Below are positions 46,151-56,843 of a stretch of 64,000 bases of DNA, piece by piece. Within the stretch, counting starts at the first letter, position 1. Each line of letters opens with the position of its first letter. The notes below the pieces were generated by a model. The model was not told where the DNA came from. It searched no databases and worked only from the letters and a program-made list of their open reading frames with translations. Made by a program: the position numbers and the translations under genes. The stretch is from Thecamonas trahens ATCC 50062. Taxonomy: Eukaryota; Protista; Apusomonadida. The stretch lies in assembly GCF_000142905.1 (NCBI RefSeq), contig NW_013657626.1:186001-250000 (forward strand). Direction: 5' to 3'.

Positions 46151-46609
46151 GGCCCGGCCCACCAGTGGCCACAACAGCCATTAACACATTGCACTACTCT
46201 TTTACCGCGATTGTTGGACGTTGCGACGTCTGTGGAGCGTCGCAGAGTGCGACTTGCGCGATGGACAAATACGTCCATTCCGTATCGTAGAGCGCAAAGG
46301 GGGGGGGGGGGGGGGGGGAGGGGGGGTGGACAACGAACCGGGCCGTGAATGGTACATATCNNNNNNNNNNNNNNNNNNNNNNNNNNNNNNNNNNNNNNNN
46401 NNNNNNNNNNNNNNNNNNNNNNNNNNNNNNNNNNNNNNNNNNNNNNNNNNNNNNNNNNNNNNNNNNNNNNNNNNNNGGGACACAGGACATACGTAGAGAG
46501 CGAGGGGGGGGGGGGAGGGGTGACAACGACCGGCTGCGGCTCGTTTCAAGCGATCGGCAGCGGGGCCTTTGGACAGCGCATAGCAGCGGCGCGCTATGGT
46601 TGCGACCCC

Positions 46610-47676
46610 TCACGCCGCCTTTTTGCGACGGCGCTTCTTCTTGCCAGCCGCTTTGGCGTGGACCTTTTCCAGTGCCTTAAATGCCAGAGTGGTGTCATGG
46701 TCGATCCGGTCTGTGAGGTCAAACGAGACGATGCGAGGCGCGTCCTCCAACGCTGCAAGCAGCAGCTGCGCGCCCTCCTCCGACACGAGGTTGCCGTCAA
46801 TGTTGAGCGCTGTGAGCGCAGGCGCAACAGGAAGAACGGTGGCCAGGCGGCGGTAGACCTTGCGCGGAGGATGATGCGCGCCGTTGTCGCCGACATTGAG
46901 TGTGGCGAGGCATTGTGCATGCGGAAGGCCCTTGACTAGGGCGTGGATGCCCGGTGCGCCCAGTGCGTTGCCGTACACATCCAGCTCGGCCAGTGCCCCG
47001 GCGTATGGCAGGATCTTCGAGCCGAGGACCGCGCCAGCTGCTGCATCGAGCCCGCAGAATCGCATCGAGAGCTTGGTCAGGCTCTCGTTCCATCGCAAAC
47101 CGGTGGCAAGGCCGGCAACGCCCTGTGCACCAAACGCTGGATTGTGGTCGAGAGTGAGGCTCTTCAGCGAGGCGTTGAGCTGGAGGGCACGACCGAGATC
47201 GGCACCGGGACGAGCACCCATGCCGATGTCGACCATCTCGAGTGAGACCAGCGACGACGAGGTGTGGAGGAGGCGAGCAACGGCAGATGCGCCCTGCGAG
47301 CCCGACTCTGTCCGCCACAGCACCAGATGAGCAACAAAGTCGTACGTCTCCACCAGAGCCGCAAGCAGGGCTTCGGTCGCCGGGCCGCCGAGCTTCTGAT
47401 CGGCCACCACCACAGCGTCAAAGACCGTCTCCTCCTCCATCTGCTCCAGCAACCAACTCGCCAGAATCCCAATCGCCGCTCTCGGCGCTCCGCATCGCTC
47501 AGCATGCGCCAGGAACGAACTCCGCAGCGACTTGAGAAGGGCGTACTCGGGCGATTCTGTCGGGTGGAGAGGTGAGTATGGGGGGGGGAGGGGGGGGAGG
47601 GGGAGAGGAGGGGAGGGGAGGAGGGTGGCGTACCCTCTTCGCCCTTGCGACGAGTCCGTCGGCGTTTGCCCGACAT
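46610..47676 (-). CDS. Ribonuclease-inhibitor-type LRR protein, possibly ciliary, intron 47557-47633
   Basis: Repeats SLKSLTLDHN.FGAQG, LAELDVYGN.LGAPG and LTALNIDGN; in-frame GTACGC..CAG intron; basic C-terminus. Confidence 0.8.
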
Positions 47677-47821
47677 GTATGGGGGGGGGGAGGGTGGAGT
47701 GGTTGAGGGTGGCGTGGTGGAGTGTTTGGGGGGGGAGCGGAGACGGCAGGCGGCGATGTCCGTTGAGCTGTCATTCGGGCGGTTTGGGTGTGGGGGGGGG
47801 GCAGGTTACGGCAGCATAGTT

Positions 47822-49560
47822 TTACTTGCCGAGCTTCTTCTTGTAGCGGGCACTGGTGGCTTGCTGGATGACGCCGCAGGCGAGGCGAGTGACAGCGTCG
47901 ACTAGGGAGGCGGCCATCTCTGCCCGCTCTTCGACGTGGTCGGCCTGCTCGATGGCGCGGTTGATGAGATGAACCCAGCGGTCACGGAGCAAGTCGCTGG
48001 CGGCGGCGAGCTCGTACTGCTTGGCATCCGAGTTTTCACGCGGGATCATGGAGAGACAGAAGATCTCGCCCTTGGGCGGGTCCTCGTTGATGACGGCCGA
48101 CTTGTAGTCGCGAAGATCCATGGCGCCCTTGGGTTTGACGTCGGACGGGGCGGCGTAGTAGGAGAGGGTCGATTTTTCGCGGTCGAGGACAAAGCAGCGC
48201 TTCTGCCAGCGTTTGCGGAAAGCCTTACCGCCGAGCTTGGAGAGCTCGCCGTCGACGGGCATGTCGAGGAGGACCGAGACATCGAGGTGCTGGGAGCGCT
48301 CCGTGATGTTCTTGCTCGCCTGATCGACGATAAAGTGGCGGAACTCGATCCAGCCGATGTCAAAGGCGGCCGGGCAAAGGCCGGGTTATCTGCCAGAGCT
48401 GGCTCGATCTCGGTCATGAGCTCGATGAGTGCAGCCTCGTCGAGGTCAGTACCACCGCGGACGACGCGCGCGCCGGCTGCGAGCTCGTCCTGGCCAATGC
48501 GCCCGTTGGCGTCGGTGTCGAGTAGGTCAAAGGCGTCGTTGATGCGCGACTCGAGGAGCCGCGGAATAGCTGGGTACTTTTCCAGGTACGCCACGTACTT
48601 TGCGTTGCAGAGCGTAAAGAACTCGGCGTACTTGGACTCAAAGTACTCGGGCGTGCAAATCTGATCGATGTCGGGCCAGAGGAGGAAGATGCGGGTGTGC
48701 TCGACTGAGAGCTCAAAGTTGGAGGTGCCGAAGACCTTGAACGGCACAAACACCTCCTTGACGTGCGAGGTGACGTGCGGGCGAAGAGTGTCGGTTTCAA
48801 CCACAGCGTCTTTGGTCTCGTCCCACGTCACGTCACCAACATCAATGAGCGATGAGACGAGGACCTGGATGCTCATAGGATCACCGACCTCTTCAGACGA
48901 GCTAGCAATGATGTCGAGCGCAGTGGCGAGCTTTGTGGTCACGGTCTGGACCACGTCGCGGGTGTCGACCTCGACGGTGCGGCCGATGCGGGCGCACGGC
49001 ACGCCGCAGTGGTCGATGTGCTCGACCGAGGCGGTGCCTCCGCGAATGAGCGAAGTCCACGCCTCGGCGAGATTGGACCACAGCTCGCGGACCTCGGCCT
49101 CGATGTGCGACATGGCGTCGACGCGCATGCTGTCCATATACTCTTCCAGGAAGACCTGCTCGTCAGCATCCTCCACGCCGGTCACTTGCTGCGAGACGGC
49201 GAGTTGCGAGGTAAAGTCGACGACCGAGTCGATGTTTGTGCAGCGAACAAACTTGCCGTCGGCCTCGACCTCCCACTTGAGGGTGTATTCTGCCAGCGGA
49301 TTGGAGAGCGGCTCGCCCGAGTTTGCGTCGAGGACCACCACATCGCCGTACTCGATGTCAAAGTTGCCTGCCGTGGTCTCGGACGGCCTCCACTTGACGG
49401 TAGCCGTGGTAAACTGACCCAGCCCGGCCTCTACCATCGGACCCTCTGACGAGAGGAAGGTAGCCTTGAGCTGCAGTTGGACCACGGGCACCTGCCCCAT
49501 CCCAGCCAGCCAGGTGAACTTGAGGCCGGCCCCGTACGACGACGACGCCGCCGCGGCCAT
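47822..49560 (-). CDS. Unknown N-terminal domain + EF-hand + C-terminal PH domain; apparent -1 frameshift at ~48372-48378
   Basis: AFDLLDTDANGRIGQDEL; after the shift IGWIEFRHFI, then PH GELSKLGG..KRWQKRCFVL..LSYY..PKGAMDL..RDRWVHLI. Confidence 0.7.
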
Positions 49561-49971
49561 GTGTACGTGAGGAAGGTGAAAGGTGGGGGGGGGGGGGTGG
49601 GGGTGGGGGTGGGCGGGGTGGGTTGCACGTGGGAAGTTAAGGGGATGAGGGGGTAGGGGTGGGGGTGGGGGTGCAGGGGGTGGGGGTGGGGGTGGGGTGA
49701 GGGGTGAGGGGGTAGGGAGAGGTGGCTGCCTGCCCGTGGGGCTGGTGTTGGCTTGTACGTCAGACGCCATCCGCCAACCGGCAGGCACAGCCCCACCACG
49801 GACCCGCCTCGTGATCGATCACGAAGGCGATCACAGCCACCACAGCCACCAAAGCCCCCCCCTCCCCCTCCTCACCACCCACCCACCCCACCTCTCCCAC
49901 CCCACCTCTCCCACCCCCACCCCCCGACCTCCTCTCACTCCCTCCCCATACCCACCCACACCCCTCCCGCC

Positions 49972-52466
49972 ATGAGTGACAGTGTGCCCATCAAGGTCAA
50001 GTGCCTCAAGGCCCGCAATACTGTCGAGGTGGACGTCCGTCTCGACGTACGCCGCGACCTGCCCTGCCCCCCCCCCCCCCCCCTCCCCCCCCTCCCCCCC
50101 TCCCCCCCTCCCTCCCCCCCCCCTCCCCCTCCCCCCCTCCCCCCACCCCCCCCTCCCTCCCTCTCACCCTCTCCCGCCACACACAGATGACGGTGCTGGA
50201 GCTGAAGAAGGCCCTGGAGGTCACGACAGGGACGCCCGAAGAGGCGCAGCGACTGCTGTTCAAGGGCAAGGTGCTCAAGGACGACACCGTGCTCTCCGCT
50301 TACGGCATCGCGCCGGAGGTCACCATCCACCTCGTCGAGTCCAAGCCTCGCCCGGCTGCTCCTGCTCCAGCTACCGCTGGCACAGGTGCCACGGCCTCCT
50401 CCTCCGCTACTCCTCTCACGGCACCGGCCCCGACCCCTGCCGCGGCACCGACCGCAACCGCCGCCACGGTACCGGCCGACGAAGCGCCGACGGCTGCAGC
50501 TGCGGCTGCGGGAGGCTTCCCCATCGACGCGCTGCAGTCGGCCATGCAGAATCTAGTGGCCTCACTTGGCTCGTCCGTGCCCGGGGCGCGGGTCTCTGCC
50601 AACGTCATTACCCCGCACGGGGTGCAGACGGTGCATGTCGGTGGGCATGGCGGTGCTGCTGGGCAGGCAAGCGAGCATGCTCCGCAGCCCGAGGTTGTTC
50701 CGGCCCGTCCGCCTCCGCAGCCGGCACGCGCGGCGCTTGAGCACGTGCAGCAGCAGCTCGCTATCACCGAGGCCATGGTGCGTTCGGTGGAGACCAGGAC
50801 CAACGTGTCGAGCCCGCTGCCAGCCCTTGGAGAGGCCGAGTCGCCCATCCGCGTCCTCTCTGAGCTCATGGCCACGCTCAACGGCCACCAGGCTCGGGTC
50901 TCGGTCCTCACTGGCCAGCTCTCAGCCGCGCTGGCTGCCGCTGACGCCGATCCGTCGCCGCAGCGTGTTGCCGACGCGCAGACGCTCGCCCACCTCCTCG
51001 CACCCTCGCTTGCGCAGGTCTCGCGACTCTACGGCCAGTTCTCTTCGCTCTGCCGCGCGCTCGCTGTCTCGGGCTCGGACGCGTACCTCAACATTGCGCA
51101 GACGCCCACGCCGACCGTCCACCGGGTCCACATCCATCAGCGAACTGCGGCGCCGTCGCAGACTCGGGCCCAGGGCGCAAGCCCGGCGCGAGCACAGCCA
51201 CAGACTCCGACTCAGGCTCCTGCTCCTTCGCAGCAACAGGGTACTGGCGATCTTGGCACCGTCCTTCGGTCGGTGCTCGATAACCTTGGCGCAGGCACAG
51301 CACAGGGCAACTCGGCGTCGACCGCCGCTGATGCGTTCTCGCAGATTGCCGCGCACCCGGCGGTCGGTGCGCTTGCTCAGCACCCTACGTTTGCGGCGCT
51401 CGCGGAGAACCCAGCGGTCAACGCGCTTGTGGGCGATTTTATGGGCTTGCTCGGTGGCAATGACGCAGGCGAAGCCGAAGACGGCTCCGGCGAGACGAGC
51501 GGCGGGAACAGCGGCGACGGCGACGACGATGACATTCCTTGGCCGCCGCCGGCTCGCAACCTCACCGACTACATGTTCAACAACTATCTGGCGCGGCCGG
51601 CAAACATGATGGCGGTCTCACGGATCGCATCGGGTGCGGGCTCGCTGCAGGAGATGTACCACGGGTTCAAGGAGCTGTTCGAGAGCGCGCTGCCGACGGC
51701 CCACCGTGGGTCAGCGGCCGCAGTGGACGAGCTCGCGGAGGCCTTTGCCGCCGGCTCGGTCCTTGATGACACAGCACTGCCGCAGGCGCTGCTGGTGGCG
51801 CTCAAGCCGAGTGCGCCGCCGATTGCCCCGATTGTCCGCGGCGTCGTCCAGCAGTACCTCAAGCTCTTCCTGCGGCGGCTGGTCCTCGACTCATTCGAGC
51901 CGACTGACGATCGGCCGACACCGTTTGCAGACATGGCCAACCGGCTAGTCTCTGTCTTTCTCGGGGCGCTCGCCTCCAAGCTCGTCCCGCACCTCAGCGG
52001 CGGCGGCGCCGACGTCGACCATGTCTTTGACCTCGCGTTCCTCACCGGTGGCGCGCAGTGCCTCCCGATGCTTGCGCCGTTTGAGGCCGCCATCCAAGCC
52101 GGCCTCCGTGAGAGGTACGAGTCGTACCAGGCGCTGTCGGCCTCGGCCTCGGCCTCGGCCTCGGCACCCACGACCACGCCTGCTCCGGTCGCCAGCTCAG
52201 CCGCCAGCCTGGACTCGGGTGCAGTGCCAGTGGCACAGACGCAGTCACAGGCGGTCGCCGACATGCCGCCGCCGCGAATGGCGCCGATCTCCAACCCCGA
52301 GCACGCCCAGTTCACCCAACAGCTTGAGGCCGACAGCCGTACGGCGCGAACGACAGCCCGCCCGCAGTTTAGCGCCGCGTACCTCACGGGCATGCCGTTG
52401 GCGCACCGGACTGCGCTGGAGAAGGAGGCCGAGGCCCAGGCGGCGGCTACCGAGGCCCTCGACTGA
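49972..52466 (+). CDS. BAG6: BAG6/Scythe-like ubiquitin-like domain protein, intron 50047-50186
   Basis: N-terminal UBL (TVLELK..QRLLFKGKVLKDD..L..YGI...TIHLV); C-terminal PQFSAAYLTGMP resembles BAG6 PPLSDAYLSGMP. Confidence 0.7.
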
Positions 52467-52550
52467 GGAGACTTAGTTAGTAGTGTAAAGGTGGAGCAGA
52501 GAAGGAGAGAAGAGATGGTTGTTGTGTTTGTTGCGCCTTGGCAAGCCAGA

Positions 52551-55500
52551 CTACTCGTCGGACGACTCGTTGATAGACGAGAAGGAGGAAGAGTTGCGAC
52601 GGCCGTTGGTGGCACTGCCGCGGATCGAGTTGCGGCGGCCCGAGCCGTTGCGGCGGGCGCGCGAGGAGGAGCGGGAGGAGGCGCGCGACGAGGCGCGAGA
52701 CGACGAGTTGCGGCGAAGCGAAGAGCCCGAAAAGGTGCGCGGGGCAACGCCGCTGATGGGCGGGGTGGACGGCGCGAGCGGCGGACGGGCGGCGGAGCCG
52801 CGGCGCTTGTCGGAGCGCGAGCGACGGGCGACCGAGTCTGCCGGGCGCGAGAGGAGCGGCAGCTCCGAGCCGGAGGTCTTGCGGCCGCGCGGCGGGACGG
52901 CGTCCTCGGGCGGCGAAGGGGTGTCACGTTTGCGGATGGTGGCGTGGTCGGGCGACGAGCAGCCGGCGTCATACGAGTTGGACGAGGCCTCTGGCGAGTG
53001 CGAGGTTTGCTTGCGGGCCGCGACGGCAGGAGGCGGCGTGGCGCGCGGCTTGGCGATGTGCAGTGGCGGAAGGACGGCCGGATGCGGGCGGGCGGCAGCG
53101 GTGGCGGGCACCGAGCCGACGACATCGGCGACAGGCGGGCGGGCGTGGATGGCGAGGTTCGGGTTGGAACGGTTGGAGCGTGCCGAGAGCATCTCGCGGT
53201 TGACCTCGTCGTCGTCGTCGTCAGGCAAGATGGCAGACGCGTTGCACGAGCGGTTCATGAACCAGAACAGGGCGTAGCCAAAGAGGGCCACGACGAGCAC
53301 GTTCGAAAGAATAAGCAGAATCTCGAGTGGAAGGACGGCCGAGTCCGAGTTGACAAAGGTCTTGGAGGAAAAGATGAGGCCGCATGAAAAGGTGATAAGG
53401 AGCTGGACGAGGGCAACAGCCTCGAGCTTGTTGATCTTGGAGTTACGGAACGGCTCGGCGTAGACCTGGACGCAAACGGCAGCAATGAGGGTGAGGAGGA
53501 GGCCGTAGAGCGGGAGCGGCGTCGAGTCCGAGGGCAGCACGGCAATGAGGGCGACGAAGAGGCGGCGGATGAGGATGGCGAGCTCAAACCAAAAGTACTT
53601 GGGCTTGTACGAGTAGTACAGGAAGCCGAGCCAGTCGTCGGTGGCGGTGCCGTGGCGCGAGAGGAGGATATGGTCCTTGGGCAGGATGCCCTGGCGCTCC
53701 TCGGGCGAAGGAATGCGGTCCTTCGGGTGGCGGAAGTGGTAGAGAAGAACGATGAACATAAAGGGGATACCAGCCGCGTAGATAAAGGTGCCTGCGAGGC
53801 CGAGTGCAAAGAGCTTGGTGTACTCGGACGACGAAAAGGTGCACTCGATCCAAGGCGCGGCAAAGAGATACGACCTGCCAAGGGCGTCGTCCTGCGCGCA
53901 GAAGAGGGTGGAGAGAACACCGACGGCGATGGGCAGATAGCCGAGGTTGAGGACGGCGAGCATGACGCGGACAGCGCCGGAGCGCCACTCCCACTCGGTG
54001 AGCGAGAAGAGTTTGGTGCCTGCGACGCGGGTGATGACCTGGACAACGAGGTAGGCAAAGATGGTGAGCGAGAAGACGGCCGGAATGAACACAATCTTGA
54101 GGATGGTGTTGGTGGTAAAGGCCGAACCGCCGCCGGAGAGGCAGTTGAGCATGCCGATGGAAAAGGTGGCCCAAGAAAGGCCGCCGTCAAAGAGCGCGGT
54201 GACGTTGGACGGCCACGAGAGAACAGGCGTCTCAGTGACGAGGACGACTGAGGTCTGGAGGAAAATAAAGAGCGACTTGATGGTCGGCGCGTAAAAACCG
54301 GGCATGGAGACCGAGATGGTGTAGAGGTACCAGCCGAGGAAGAGCGAGCCGTAGACAATGGCGATGATGATGGGCACGACAGAGATGCACTCATCGCAGC
54401 GGCGCCCCTTGGAGTAAAAGTCGGTCGAGCACCGCGAGCAGAGGCGATCCTCGTAGCCACGCTTGCAAACAAACGGGTCGAGCGCGTCGGGGTTACACGC
54501 CGACTCGTCGAGGCGGATCTGGTAACAGCGCTCGAGGACAGGCATGGTACCCTGGGCGCCGTACTGGAGCGGGAACCATCCAGGCGCAATGGTGACTGTA
54601 CCCGGGCGCACGCTGACGGCGGCAGAGTGGTTGTTTGCAGTCGTGTACGAGATGTCGACTGCGCCGCCAGAACAGATGACGCGCGTGCCGAGGTTGGAGC
54701 AGTCGATGCAATCCCCGTTGGCGCCTGCGGTACCAACCTCGCAGACGCAGAACCGCGAGCCGTAGTATGACGAGTCGACAAAGATGTTTGAAGAGCCGTC
54801 GGTGTTGGTGAAGGAAGGGCAGGCAAAGCGCTGGCCCTCGTTCTGGATGAATGGGAAGGTGGCGTTGAGCCACGAGTGGAGCGGCTCGTCGCCGAGAGCC
54901 ATCCGCGGGTTTCCGGTGAGCGTCACAAACGAGACGGTGGCAAAGGAGGAAGGGATAGTGCCTTCGAGGTCGTTGTTGCGGGCGTTGAACTCGAGGAGAA
55001 GAGGCAGCTCACCGATGAACTTGGGCACAGTCCCGGTAACATTGTTGTCGTGGACAAGGAGCGAGGAGAGAGCGCGGAAGTATGTCTTGGGTGGGTTGAC
55101 GGTGACAAAGAGCGAGCCGCGGAGGTCGCCGGTGATCGAGTTACCGGAAAAGTCTACGACGCCGAGGTCGGCCAGGTCGCGGAGCGGGAAGAGGTAGTCG
55201 ATCATGGCGCCGGACAGCGCGTTATGAGAGACGCGGAGCGAGCGGAGTGCGGCAAAGCTGGCGTACGATGACGGCATGGTCGGCCCGGAAAGCGCGTTGT
55301 ACGAGAGGTCGAGGGTCTTGACAGAGGTGAGCGAGGAGAGCTCGGGTGGAAAAGCGCCGCTGAACGCGTTGTGGCTGAGGTCGAGGGTCTCGAGGCCGGC
55401 CGGAGCCGACGAGGTGAGGCACGCGCCGGCGGAGGAAAAGTTGTTCCGCGAGGCCGAGAGGCTGGTGAGCGATGGCATGGTGCAGAGAAAGTCGAGCGAG

Positions 55501-56843
55501 CCGTCAAACGAGTTGCCGTAGATGCGGAGGTCAGTGGCGTTGCCGATGCCTGGCGGAAAGGCGCCGTCAAAGTTGTTATCGTAGAGCCAGACCTGGGCGG
55601 CGAGGTCAAGGTGGGTGAGCGAGGCCGGAAGGGTGCCGGAGAGCTGGTTGACCTCCAGCCGGATGGTAGTGAGCTCCTTGAGTTCGCCGAACGAGGCCGG
55701 GACGGTTCCGGTGAGCGCGTTCTCGTTGAGGAAGAGGAGCGAGAGGCTGCTGGCGTTGCCGATGTGTTCCGGGATGGTGCCGGTGAGGAGAGGAGACTCG
55801 GAGAGCGAGAAGAAAAACAGGTACGGAGGGGTGGAGATGGCGGCCGGCACGTCGCCTGTCCACAGGTTGTTGTGGAGGAACATGATGGTGATGAAAGGAA
55901 TGTCGAAGAGCTCGGACGGAACGGGGCCCTCGAGCTTGTTCATCGAAAGGCCGAGCGTCGAGAGCCCAGTGAGACTCGACATGCCGGTAGGGAGCGTACC
56001 AGTGAGACCGTTGCCGTCGATATGAAAGTCGGCGAGCGAGGTCCACTGCGGAATCCACTGCGGGAAGGCCTTGTCAACCAGGGCGTTGTTAACAAACACA
56101 AAGTTCTTGATGCTGGTCGATGCGAGGCCGGAAGGCAGCGTGGTGAACAAGTTGTCGCCCAGGAAGAGCAAATCGAGGCTTGGCATGGAAAGAAAGGCGA
56201 CCGGGAACTCGCCCGAGAACTTGCAGCTGTACACGTTAAACTTTTGGAGCGAGGTCCAGCCTGAGAGGTCCGGCAGCTCGCCCGTGATCTCGCCGGCGCG
56301 CTGGAGCGAAAACTCCTTCATAGCGGTGAGGCCGGCCCACGACGCCGGCATCGTTCCGGTCAGCGCATTGCCGGGCATCGGGTTGAAGAGGTAGGTGAGG
56401 AAGCTGGTGGGCATCGGGAAGACACCAAAGTTGAGGTGCTCGAGCCGCGAGAGCGAGCCGATGGCGGCTGGCAGCGAGCCCGAAATGGCGTTGGTGGACA
56501 GGTCAAGGCGCTTGAGCTCGACAAGGTTCCACGCCGCCGCGGTGTCGGGCAGCGTCCCGGTGAGCCCGTTGGACGGGAGCGAGACCGCGGTCACGTGGTT
56601 GAGCCCATCCGAGGTGGCCGTCGAGCAAGTAACGCCATGGTACGAGCACGGATCGGGGCCGGGCGTGTTCCACCCGGTCGAGATGGTCCAGAGGCCGCTG
56701 AGACCGCCAAGTGAAGCAAAGAGCGTGTCGAGGGCTACCTTTTCTTCAGCGAGCGTCCCTGCTTGGCCGCCGACAAACAGCGAGGCAAGGACAATAATGG
56801 TGACGGTTGCAGAGAGCATGATGTTGCAACGTGTCACCTTCAT
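52551..56843 (-). CDS. LRR ectodomain + Cys-rich stalk + 7-TM receptor-like protein
   Basis: Signal peptide, plant-type LRRNT (W...DPCSYHGVTC), many LxxLxLxxNxLxGxIP repeats, CKRGYEDRLCSRC, then about 7 TM segments with IKSLFIFLQ, WPS, FLYYSYK..YFWFE...RR and PF..N.LE. Confidence 0.85.
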   Translation of the reverse strand: MKVTRCNIMLSATVTIIVLASLFVGGQAGTLAEEKVALDTLFASLGGLSGLWTISTGWNTPGPDPCSYHGVTCSTATSDGLNHVTAVSLPSNGLTGTLPDTAAAWNLVELKRLDLSTNAISGSLPAAIGSLSRLEHLNFGVFPMPTSFLTYLFNPMPGNALTGTMPASWAGLTAMKEFSLQRAGEITGELPDLSGWTSLQKFNVYSCKFSGEFPVAFLSMPSLDLLFLGDNLFTTLPSGLASTSIKNFVFVNNALVDKAFPQWIPQWTSLADFHIDGNGLTGTLPTGMSSLTGLSTLGLSMNKLEGPVPSELFDIPFITIMFLHNNLWTGDVPAAISTPPYLFFFSLSESPLLTGTIPEHIGNASSLSLLFLNENALTGTVPASFGELKELTTIRLEVNQLSGTLPASLTHLDLAAQVWLYDNNFDGAFPPGIGNATDLRIYGNSFDGSLDFLCTMPSLTSLSASRNNFSSAGACLTSSAPAGLETLDLSHNAFSGAFPPELSSLTSVKTLDLSYNALSGPTMPSSYASFAALRSLRVSHNALSGAMIDYLFPLRDLADLGVVDFSGNSITGDLRGSLFVTVNPPKTYFRALSSLLVHDNNVTGTVPKFIGELPLLLEFNARNNDLEGTIPSSFATVSFVTLTGNPRMALGDEPLHSWLNATFPFIQNEGQRFACPSFTNTDGSSNIFVDSSYYGSRFCVCEVGTAGANGDCIDCSNLGTRVICSGGAVDISYTTANNHSAAVSVRPGTVTIAPGWFPLQYGAQGTMPVLERCYQIRLDESACNPDALDPFVCKRGYEDRLCSRCSTDFYSKGRRCDECISVVPIIIAIVYGSLFLGWYLYTISVSMPGFYAPTIKSLFIFLQTSVVLVTETPVLSWPSNVTALFDGGLSWATFSIGMLNCLSGGGSAFTTNTILKIVFIPAVFSLTIFAYLVVQVITRVAGTKLFSLTEWEWRSGAVRVMLAVLNLGYLPIAVGVLSTLFCAQDDALGRSYLFAAPWIECTFSSSEYTKLFALGLAGTFIYAAGIPFMFIVLLYHFRHPKDRIPSPEERQGILPKDHILLSRHGTATDDWLGFLYYSYKPKYFWFELAILIRRLFVALIAVLPSDSTPLPLYGLLLTLIAAVCVQVYAEPFRNSKINKLEAVALVQLLITFSCGLIFSSKTFVNSDSAVLPLEILLILSNVLVVALFGYALFWFMNRSCNASAILPDDDDDEVNREMLSARSNRSNPNLAIHARPPVADVVGSVPATAAARPHPAVLPPLHIAKPRATPPPAVAARKQTSHSPEASSNSYDAGCSSPDHATIRKRDTPSPPEDAVPPRGRKTSGSELPLLSRPADSVARRSRSDKRRGSAARPPLAPSTPPISGVAPRTFSGSSLRRNSSSRASSRASSRSSSRARRNGSGRRNSIRGSATNGRRNSSSFSSINESSDE

